IMG/VR virus record: IMGVR_UViG_3300019876_000002
Coordinates: 1-44,604 of that record
Length of the DNA: 44,604 nt
Reading direction: 5' to 3' (one strand)
Source: a virus
Taxonomy: Duplodnaviria > Caudoviricetes
The notes beneath the pieces were generated by a model, which was not told where the DNA came from, searched no databases, and saw nothing but the letters and a program-made list of their open reading frames with translations. Below, piece by piece: positions 37,524-44,604 of this stretch; position 1 is the first letter of the stretch; each line of letters starts with the position of its first letter. Both the position numbers and the translations under genes were made by a program.

Positions 37524-38059
37524 ACAATAACACGAGTGAATACTGAGCGGTTATCAAATTGGAATCCAGTGAATGATGGACTAACAATAGTTCCTGATGG
37601 AGTTCCACCTGTTACAGATTGTGTAAGTGCGACTGGTGCAGATGTTAAATTACCTACACCCGCTGCTGATACTCCTGTAGCTACTCTAGATGTTCCTGTT
37701 CCAAATATTGCTGGTGCAAGTTGTCTGGTAGTTGTAGTAGTTGGAATCTGAAAAGGTAATTCATGTGAATGTGTTGGTAATGCGTTTCCAACAAATGTTA
37801 ATGCACCGATAGTTCCCGTGGGAGTAATATTATCAGAACCTCCAGTAGTTCCTACGTTTCCATTTGCTGTAATAGTTCCAACGAATGTATTCCCATTAAG
37901 AGAAGAATTTTCAATAGTTCCCTGTGGACAGCCACCCGTAATCTTTAAGATTAATGCGCCAGTTGGTAAAGATATTGGTCCACTAGACCATTGTCCATGT
38001 AATACTATTGCACTACTAATAAATACAATAGCGACTAAATCGATAATCCAACGCTTCAT
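37508..38059 (-). CDS. Tail-collar / short-fibre-like protein with Sec signal peptide
   Basis: MKRWIIDLVAIVFISSAIVLHG-Q, then LPTGALI...CPQG...G.TGGS...LPTHSH...DNRS. Confidence 0.7.
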   Translation of the reverse strand: MKRWIIDLVAIVFISSAIVLHGQWSSGPISLPTGALILKITGGCPQGTIENSSLNGNTFVGTITANGNVGTTGGSDNITPTGTIGALTFVGNALPTHSHELPFQIPTTTTTRQLAPAIFGTGTSRVATGVSAAGVGNLTSAPVALTQSVTGGTPSGTIVSPSFTGFQFDNRSVFTRVIVCSVN

Positions 38060-39748
38060 TTATCTCCCCATAACGATATAAGCAATTACGTCGCCGGCCA
38101 CAAATGTTCCAGTTAAATCAAATGTAGTAGTTGAAACTGCAACTAATCTGCAAGGATTAGCTGTTGTCTGATTCATACAACTACCATTGAATCTAGTAGT
38201 AACGGCTTGTGGAACAGTTACACGACACTGAGTTCCAGATGTAGCACCTACTGTTACTTCACCAACAGTTTGATTACCGGCAATAGTAGCAGTAGTAGTT
38301 CCACAACTATTAGCACCTACGTTAGCTACTGCCATCGCAGTTCCTGAAACCTGCGACATTACAATTCCAGCAGCCGAACCTGTCATAAAACGTGCGGCTG
38401 TAACAGAACCTGTAGGAGTTAAATTAACTACAAATCTAGTTCCTTGTGCAGCAGATGTAAAATTCTCAGTAGCCTGAATACCAATAACACCATTCGCTGC
38501 TGATGACCAACCAGGAGTTGTAGTTTCCCAACCCTGACCAATTAATTGAACTAAATTATCGCCAGATAATGCTTGTGTAGGAACGTTTACAGTTCCTCTC
38601 GCCTTACGACCAATAAGCGCGAATGGAACTGCATCAGCAGTAATATGGTCTCCTGTAATTACCGCACCAGAAGTTCCAACCATATGCATTTGATTAGTTG
38701 GTTGAGTTCCATAATTAACACTAGTGGATGCTGTGCCATTTAGATAACTTAATGGAGATGTCCAAAAAGTTCCATTAATAGTCATCGCATCTTGAGCAGT
38801 AGTTGTAGTAAGTGGGGTATTCTGAAAAATAATTCTCGTTCCCTGTGCCGTAGAAGTAAAATTTTCGGCCGCCTGTAATATTAATGCCGCATTAGTAGCT
38901 GTCGTCCATGCTGGTGTGGTAGTTTCCCACCCACGTCCAATTAAATTGGTTAAATTATCACCAGATAAAGTTTGAGTGGGAGATGTTACAGTTCCTCTCG
39001 CATGTCTACCTAAGAATAAAGCTCCACCAGTTCCAGTGCTAAATCTATCGAATGCGATATTAGTTCCGGTGAATTGAAATCCAAATGATGGAACTGTATC
39101 ACAGCCGCTAGCAGAACATGGTAATCCAAATGTAGATACACCAGTATTAAAGAATTTAGCAGCTTCTGTTCCGCCATTATTACCGACTACTAGTCTAATT
39201 GAATCTGTAGTTCCAATAGCTGATGTTGATTGTAATGTTAAAGAAGAACCAACTGCTAAACCACCCGTAACATTCGCGGTATTAATATTATTAATGAAAG
39301 TCGGACTTTCACTAAATACTGCTACACCGGCCGCGCCTAATCCAGTTTCATTTGATAATACGCCGGCTAATTGCGCGGATGTTGTGGAAGCAAATTGACT
39401 TAATGGATTTCCAGTAACACCACAAGTAGCACATGCAATCGTGCCTGTAGTAGTAATGGGACCACCAGTAATTGGACTAGTAGTATCGATTTGAGTAACT
39501 GTTCCTACTCCAGCACCACCTGAAACTACTGTAAGTAAATTTCCAGATGCATCAACTGCTAGTCTAGCGTTGTTAAATAGAACTGATGAAACAGGATTGA
39601 CTTGTGATGCTGTAGCTGTAACTAAAGCTCCATTAGCATCTACTCTAACTCGAATTTGTGATGGAGTTCCTCTGCTTTGAGCGTATACTGTTACAACGCT
39701 AAGAATTGAAATTGCAACAATACATCGAGTTAAATTAAGCCCCTTCAT
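38060..39748 (-). CDS. Fibre/adhesin-like protein with Sec signal peptide and internal repeats
   Basis: MKGLNLTRCIVAISILSVVTVYA-Q; GTVT..ITGGPITTTGTI and TTSAQLAGVLSNETG fibre motifs; T/G/A/S-rich. Confidence 0.75.
   Translation of the reverse strand: MKGLNLTRCIVAISILSVVTVYAQSRGTPSQIRVRVDANGALVTATASQVNPVSSVLFNNARLAVDASGNLLTVVSGGAGVGTVTQIDTTSPITGGPITTTGTIACATCGVTGNPLSQFASTTSAQLAGVLSNETGLGAAGVAVFSESPTFINNINTANVTGGLAVGSSLTLQSTSAIGTTDSIRLVVGNNGGTEAAKFFNTGVSTFGLPCSASGCDTVPSFGFQFTGTNIAFDRFSTGTGGALFLGRHARGTVTSPTQTLSGDNLTNLIGRGWETTTPAWTTATNAALILQAAENFTSTAQGTRIIFQNTPLTTTTAQDAMTINGTFWTSPLSYLNGTASTSVNYGTQPTNQMHMVGTSGAVITGDHITADAVPFALIGRKARGTVNVPTQALSGDNLVQLIGQGWETTTPGWSSAANGVIGIQATENFTSAAQGTRFVVNLTPTGSVTAARFMTGSAAGIVMSQVSGTAMAVANVGANSCGTTTATIAGNQTVGEVTVGATSGTQCRVTVPQAVTTRFNGSCMNQTTANPCRLVAVSTTTFDLTGTFVAGDVIAYIVMGR
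38432..39001 (-). repeat. Two in-frame 57-codon repeats (38831-39001 and 38432-38602)
   Basis: ARGTV..PTQ.LSGDNL..LIG.GWETTTP.W....N.....QA.ENFTS.AQGTR occurs twice, offset by 133 aa. Confidence 0.85.
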
Positions 39749-40079
39749 ATTTCACCGTTACTGTTCCACCGACAAGAACTGTTGAAATCCGAACACGTAA
39801 TGCTGGATACATTCCAGTAAATGGAACTGAAATTTGTGTATCAGCAACGACAGCAATTTCTCCACCTACTACTTGCGACCAATTAGCATCCGCCGCTTGT
39901 GGATTATCTGCTGTTTCAATAGTAACTTTACCGGATGCTACACCAGCACTTCCGATAATGAATACATTATGATTCCTAACTGTAGGAACAATAGCAATCG
40001 CCAATCCATTACCTGTTGCTGACTGAGCATTCTGTAATGTAATTGGAACTCCAGGTTGCGCTGCTGTAGTATTAGCCAT
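39735..40079 (-). CDS. Small jelly-roll virion protein (possible fibre/spike base)
   Basis: 114 aa all-beta pattern (VTIET.....W, LRVRI); no signal peptide. Confidence 0.55.
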   Translation of the reverse strand: MANTTAAQPGVPITLQNAQSATGNGLAIAIVPTVRNHNVFIIGSAGVASGKVTIETADNPQAADANWSQVVGGEIAVVADTQISVPFTGMYPALRVRISTVLVGGTVTVKYEGA

Positions 40080-40089
40080 TATTCCCTTT

Positions 40090-40659
40090 TTAAATGTCTT
40101 CCTTCACAACAACTGTATCGTAATGACGTTCGTCTCGAAATTGTGGAGCGTAGAAAATAATTCGTGGAGATTTAAATGAATCAGCGTCTGGATTATCACC
40201 TTCCATATTTCTATGGACCATTGACATATCTTTCGCGATTGCTGCTAAATCTCTCGCCTTACTTCCCTGTAATTTCTCTTTAGTAATGTGGGACATTGCC
40301 TGCATTACTTTACTTATCGCTTTGCTACTGACTTTAAGTTTAGCGTCTTTAATTCCTTCTCTATCAGGACGCTTATCATAAGTAGATGTAGAGTGTGCGC
40401 CTTGTGTATAAGCACTCGCGCTCGATGGACTAATATTAAATGATTCAGCTAATTCAAGCGCGGCTGCTCGACCATTAGTTACAGCAGTTTCTCCAATAAC
40501 TTTCCTTAGACTTTCAGGAACATTAACGTCACCTAATTTTCTACCCTTATTAGGTAAGTCAATAATAGTTGGCAATGGGATAGGTTCAGACTTAGGCTTC
40601 GCACTGTTTTTAATTTCACGATTGAATTCTTCGTCTGAAACTATTCCCATTCCCATCAT
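40090..40659 (-). CDS. Probable terminase small subunit
   Basis: HTH (ELAESFNISPSSASAY), helical hairpin and terminal strand; upstream of terL. Confidence 0.55.
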   Translation of the reverse strand: MMGMGIVSDEEFNREIKNSAKPKSEPIPLPTIIDLPNKGRKLGDVNVPESLRKVIGETAVTNGRAAALELAESFNISPSSASAYTQGAHSTSTYDKRPDREGIKDAKLKVSSKAISKVMQAMSHITKEKLQGSKARDLAAIAKDMSMVHRNMEGDNPDADSFKSPRIIFYAPQFRDERHYDTVVVKEDI

Positions 40660-40666
40660 CTTACTC

Positions 40667-41032
40667 CTAGTCCTTCTTATGACCGTGAAGAACTGAATAC
40701 TTAATAGATTTAAAGTTACGCATTGTATGCGTCAACAGAATATCAGCAAGCTGTGCACCTTCTTCAGGTGTCGTTCCAGTAGCTGCAATCTGTTTCGCAA
40801 GTTCTAATGTATTATCGCTAAATCCCTTGAGTGCTGCCTGTAATCGCGCGGCAGCACTAGTTCCTGCATCTTGAATTAAGTCATACATATGCTGAATACC
40901 CTGTGCTGGGTCTCCTTCAGCATGTGACTGAGTCTTACTTGCAGAATTAGGAACTAATGAACGAATTTCTTCGGCCGCGTCATTCCAATCTTTATTCATC
41001 TTGTGCTTGCCGCCGGCCTTTTGTGAATCCAT
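40667..41032 (-). CDS. Hypothetical helical protein
   Basis: AAGGAG RBS. Confidence 0.7.
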   Translation of the reverse strand: MDSQKAGGKHKMNKDWNDAAEEIRSLVPNSASKTQSHAEGDPAQGIQHMYDLIQDAGTSAAARLQAALKGFSDNTLELAKQIAATGTTPEEGAQLADILLTHTMRNFKSIKYSVLHGHKKD

Positions 41033-41034
41033 TT

Positions 41035-41181
41035 CTAATCTCTCCTTAAATGTTTGGGTTCTCTGTCTAAAATAAATACTTCTATTAAAAAATATACAAA
41101 TATTGCAACTAAAGTAACTAACAATATCTTTTCATAAACACTTAGATAAATAAAATTAATCACGTATGGATTAGGTATCAT
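41035..41181 (-). CDS. Single-TM small protein (48 aa, not in ORF track)
   Basis: MIPNPYVINFIYLSVYEKILLVTLVAIFVYFLIEVFILDREPKHLRRD; TAATG coupling. Confidence 0.5.
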   Translation of the reverse strand: MIPNPYVINFIYLSVYEKILLVTLVAIFVYFLIEVFILDREPKHLRRD

Positions 41182-41363
41182 TAAGCTATCTCAACCTTAA
41201 TAGTTGGACTCATGACAGCTTGTATCATCTTAGTAATAATTTCCTCATGATTCTCATGGGAATGAATAATTAAGGTATATATTTTAGAACTTTTATTAAA
41301 TGCCTTCTTTAAGTGTAACTCCAGGTCGGCGACCGAGTCTCCACATATTGGACATTTAATCAT
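41181..41363 (-). CDS. Small C2H2-like protein
   Basis: CPIC...LELHL. Confidence 0.6.
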   Translation of the reverse strand: MIKCPICGDSVADLELHLKKAFNKSSKIYTLIIHSHENHEEIITKMIQAVMSPTIKVEIA

Positions 41364-41365
41364 AG

Positions 41366-41599
41366 TTAAAGAGACGGAATCTTATCTCCTACAACTTTAG
41401 TTCTATCTAATTCTTGTTTAACACCTGAAGCTTTATTAGCTGACGCTGTCACTGCAAGTAATTGGTCCATTCGCCCGTTAATTTGGGCATGAACTTCGCG
41501 TAACTTAAGTGCATTAATCACACCAATAATAGCAGACGCCGTTGCTGCTATTAATGCCGGTAATGCTGCGAAGAATGTAACCCAAAATTCTGGTGTCAT
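41366..41599 (-). CDS. Membrane protein, holin-like candidate
   Basis: N-terminal hydrophobic helix, then VHAQINGRMDQLL; AAGGA RBS. Confidence 0.55.
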   Translation of the reverse strand: MTPEFWVTFFAALPALIAATASAIIGVINALKLREVHAQINGRMDQLLAVTASANKASGVKQELDRTKVVGDKIPSL

Positions 41600-41605
41600 G
41601 TATCC

Positions 41606-42270
41606 TTACTCACTTAAAATCTTTGTAATGGATTCAATAGTCTTAGCACGTTGTTGTGAATCCATTGATGTCATTCGTAATGCTTCATTAATTAATTCCA
41701 TCTGCTGTAATGTGGGCTGAACTCTACGAGCCTTTAGCTGTTTAACTTCATCTTGAAGTTTAGTAGATTCAGTTGATAATTTCTGATGTTTATTACTTAG
41801 ATTAATGTGTTCTTCGTGTAATAGATTATGTGTTCTAACTAGTTCATCATGTTCTTTAGTTGATGGAATGTTAGCATCCTGAATACGTTCGCCTAAGACA
41901 GTGAATGGTTTATTAACTGATTCACTCAGCTTAGGGTCGATTGTATTGTCTACTGCTGATTTATCTGATGGAACTGGAGGAATTGGAGTGACCGGATGCG
42001 CGGCTGCTACTGCTACATTAGCTAAATTTGAAGGAAGTGGTTTACCTTTACCTTCATCTAATGTACTTAATACAGGATATCCTGGTTGAACTTTCGGTGC
42101 ATTAGGGTCAACTTTATCTTTAACAGAGGAATCAATTCCTAATTTCTTAGGAACATCTAATGGACTGTCGCCCTTTTTAATATCAGGTTGAATGTTACCA
42201 GTAGTGGGACTAATAACAGGAGTTACTATAGGAGCACCAGTTTTTGGGTCGATTTTTATATCGTTTGCCA
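41606..42270 (-). CDS. Pro-rich protein with C-terminal coiled coil
   Basis: AGGTG RBS before MANDIKIDP. Confidence 0.7.
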
Positions 42271-42292
42271 TTTTCTGATTCACCTAAATGAA

Positions 42293-42505
42293 TTAAGCGA
42301 CTGTAACTGTCAGATTGTTAGCAGCAACTACAGTAACTGTAATCGTAGCTACGCTCGATATATCAAAGAATCGTTCAACACCATCAACAGTTAAGCCTAA
42401 TTCCTTCTTAGCAGGAATGAATCTAAACTCAGTTACATCATTAATAGTAACTGTCGTTAATGAATTACCTGGCCCGACGCTACCTGTTACAACAGCCTTA
42501 CTCAT
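42293..42505 (-). CDS. Small beta-rich protein; first gene of the late operon
   Basis: GGGAG RBS; Val/Thr-rich. Confidence 0.7.
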   Translation of the reverse strand: MSKAVVTGSVGPGNSLTTVTINDVTEFRFIPAKKELGLTVDGVERFFDISSVATITVTVVAANNLTVTVA

Positions 42506-42618
42506 TTTCTATAACTCCCATAAATTGGACACAACCCTAGTGAATCCACTCCATATTAATATTAGAAACTATACTAAAAATAATATTCAGCGAAGTTCAG
42601 TCGGCTTTACCAGCTCTG

Positions 42619-42647
42619 AGAGTATCATAGGTTGAACTGAAAGTCAA
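42619..42647 (-). promoter_or_regulatory. Sigma70-type promoter for the late operon
   Basis: TTGACT, 17-nt spacer ending TGA, TACTCT. Confidence 0.5.
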
Positions 42648-43202
42648 ATTTCTTAATGAATACAATATTATATTCAATTAACTGAATTTTTTCCCAGAAT
42701 TTTTTGATATATTGAAAAAGGGGACCCATATAATCTCTTTTTTCAGATAAATAGTCGATGTCGCGAAAAAGTGTGCACATATGGGACCCTACGTGCAGGG
42801 GTGTATAGGGGTGTGATATATAATTGTGTGCAGTTGTGTGATATACTGTGAAAGTTCCACTTATATCATACTATTTCTTACTATGACATACAATTTCACA
42901 CAATTTTACAATATTAATTTCTTATGCCAAGTAATAGTGTGCATATGGCATAAGGACTTTGTAGTGTGCCATTGTGTATAGTGATGTGAAGAGGCATAAA
43001 CTGTGCCATGTATAATTATGTGCAATTATGTGAATGTGTCACATTCGCACTTCACGCGACTGCACAATTTATTTGAGTGTAAGAATTACCCTAGTAGGTG
43101 TGTAACGTTCACACCACAAGATGTAAAATCTACACGAAAACCAAAAAGTGTCATCACACTATGGCTCAAGGCTGCACAGTTTGACATAATATTAGACCTA
43201 GT

Positions 43203-43445
43203 ATGATGCATGCTATATATACTAGTATGACGAAACTACAATCGGTAAGCGTAAATAGCTGGTCTGAAGCGGTTAAATGGGCTGGAATTGAATCCAAACG
43301 GACCAAGATGCAATGGTTTGCAGTCGCATATCAGGAACGTAATTCAGACGATGGTATGCAATTCTATGAAGCTTGCAATTCTAGTGCCCTAAAGATTTTG
43401 CAGGACGCTTACAAAATTGTAACTATCAGTTCAACGGGAGCATAA
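43203..43445 (+). CDS. Early hypothetical protein
   Basis: Open frame after the large non-coding region; the start may be the ATG at 43227. Confidence 0.55.
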   Translation: MMHAIYTSMTKLQSVSVNSWSEAVKWAGIESKRTKMQWFAVAYQERNSDDGMQFYEACNSSALKILQDAYKIVTISSTGA

Positions 43446-43446
43446 C

Positions 43447-43563
43447 ATGATTGAAACTTTCCACCTTGACGAAAATCGTAAGTATACTGTCCTCAAGTTC
43501 GGACGACTGCGAATCGGTGGATACCATCGGGCAATCGCAATTCAAATCTGGAGGGTCAAATAA
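43447..43563 (+). CDS. Small early protein (38 aa, not in ORF track)
   Basis: GGGAG RBS; MIETFHLDENRKYTVLKFGRLRIGGYHRAIAIQIWRVK. Confidence 0.5.
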   Translation: MIETFHLDENRKYTVLKFGRLRIGGYHRAIAIQIWRVK

Positions 43564-43566
43564 CTA

Positions 43567-43595
43567 TTGACAGTCGCGGCCGATTCTGATAGACT
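43567..43595 (+). promoter_or_regulatory. Strong sigma70-type promoter
   Basis: TTGACA, 17-nt spacer ending TGA (extended -10), TAGACT. Confidence 0.8.
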
Positions 43596-43629
43596 CGTCT
43601 CGTTTCGTAGGGCAAACGCAATTCCGCGG

Positions 43630-43649
43630 ATGTCCTAAATAGGTGACAG
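43630..43649. promoter_or_regulatory. Palindromic operator-like site, copy 4
   Basis: ATGTCC-taaatagg-TGACAG followed by ATAATATT, in the leader of 43669. Confidence 0.6.
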
Positions 43650-43668
43650 ATAATATTAGGGGTTTCAC

Positions 43669-44013
43669 ATGAAAACCGAAGTTTCCAAATTCTCGTTTAA
43701 GGTTCCCGAAGGCCATCCCGAAGCCGGTCAGAAAATTGAGAAGGCTTTCGAGTATCAAGTGTGCGAAAATGAGTCAGAAGCTACTAAGGTAATGACCGAT
43801 AAAAAGTGGAAGCTTCTGGATATGGTCAATGATACCATCAAGGCTAACGCGCGTAGCAATGGTTATCAGTCGGCATTACTTCCGTATCGTCCGTCGGAAG
43901 TTTCGCAAGAGGACATCAAAGAACGGATGGTCCGCGATTACATTCGTTTGGGCGTCAAAGAAGAGGCAGCCCGCGCGCAAGTGGATGCATTGCTGGCAGC
44001 TACTAATCAGTAA
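43669..44013 (+). CDS. Early hypothetical protein in its own transcription unit
   Basis: Own promoter, AGGGG RBS and downstream hairpin; codons more GC-rich than the genome average. Confidence 0.8.
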   Translation: MKTEVSKFSFKVPEGHPEAGQKIEKAFEYQVCENESEATKVMTDKKWKLLDMVNDTIKANARSNGYQSALLPYRPSEVSQEDIKERMVRDYIRLGVKEEAARAQVDALLAATNQ

Positions 44014-44035
44014 TACGTCTCACGTTCGCTAAAGT

Positions 44036-44068
44036 TTATAGCCTAGGGACTGCAAACCTAGGCTATAA
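44036..44068 (+). terminator. Rho-independent terminator-like hairpin
   Basis: TTATAGCCTAGG-9nt-CCTAGGCTATAA followed by T-rich sequence. Confidence 0.75.
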
Positions 44069-44358
44069 CTATTTGTATTTTAAATTTATAATATAAAAGC
44101 GAAAGTAAAAGCGAAACGCGCGAGGATGCCCTAGGTTCAACGAACGCGCGTCCGTCTAACACTCGTCTACCCTGCCTTGATTAACTCAGTCTATATTCAA
44201 TCCTCATCTCGAATTGGGCCATTCCAGGCCACTTTCCATCCATGCAACCACATGCAATCTCACGCATGTCATAATATTATAGACTTTACATTATTATTAG
44301 CATATTTTTAATTGACATAACTTTTAAATTTATTTTCGGCCTATTATTAGAATCGCTT

Positions 44359-44418
44359 CCATACTCGGGCCATACTTTATCTTACTCGGTCCTACCTCAA
44401 TCCATACTCATTCCTACT
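44359..44418 (-). repeat. Six helically phased AGTA-core repeats (inverted relative to 67-132)
   Basis: TACT/TACC at 44362, 44373, 44383, 44393, 44405 and 44415. Confidence 0.6.
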
Positions 44419-44431
44419 CCCTTTTGGGCGG

Positions 44432-44456
44432 AAGTGGTTTAGAGTCAATGACTTAG
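44432..44456. promoter_or_regulatory. IHF-like binding site (right copy)
   Basis: AGTCAA-TGAC-TTA, one mismatch from WATCAA-N4-TTR. Confidence 0.5.
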
Positions 44457-44496
44457 GGGAATGGTCCCTCTCTCCCCTAGGTCGAAATAGGCCCGA

Positions 44497-44516
44497 GTGT
44501 CCTCGATTTAGGACAC
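44497..44516. promoter_or_regulatory. Palindromic operator-like site, copy 5 (perfect arms)
   Basis: GTGTCC-tcgattta-GGACAC. Confidence 0.65.
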
Positions 44517-44535
44517 TATGTGGTGGAGGGTAGTT

Positions 44536-44604
<69 letters not shown>

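Noticed and set aside
43181-43207. TTGACA...TATGAT promoter
   Set aside because: The spacer is only 15 nt, so it is not called as a feature, although a promoter nearby is likely.

Overview
This window looks like an almost complete, circularly permuted genome of an AT-rich (roughly 35-38% GC by eye) tailed dsDNA phage with podovirus-type (P22/T7-like) virion genes. The + strand (43203-44013, continuing into 388-17666) holds the early and replication genes: SNF2-type helicase, Cas4-like PD-(D/E)xK nuclease, Sak4-like ATPase, SSB, cold-shock protein, a UDG-PolA fusion polymerase, a DUF3987-like helicase, an Acb2/Tad1-like anti-defence sponge, tRNA-Leu(TAA) and many small zinc-ribbon proteins. 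The - strand (42505 to 17663) is the late operon: probable TerS, TerL, portal, scaffold, major capsid, adaptor, nozzle, beta-helix spike, short fibres, SleB-like hydrolase and ejection proteins. I see no integrase, primase or tape measure gene. The most unusual observations are: (1) tail-fibre/collar-like proteins and a PAP2 phosphatase that carry Sec signal peptides, clustered around TerL; (2) strong over-representation of CGGCCG/CGRYCG words together with near-total GATC avoidance; (3) mirror-image IHF-like site plus helically phased repeat arrays flanking the poly-T break point; (4) a five-copy TGTC-N10-GACA type operator; (5) a PolA with a rewired O-helix; (6) a nozzle gene apparently split in three. 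All family assignments come from motif recognition by eye, and no database search was run.
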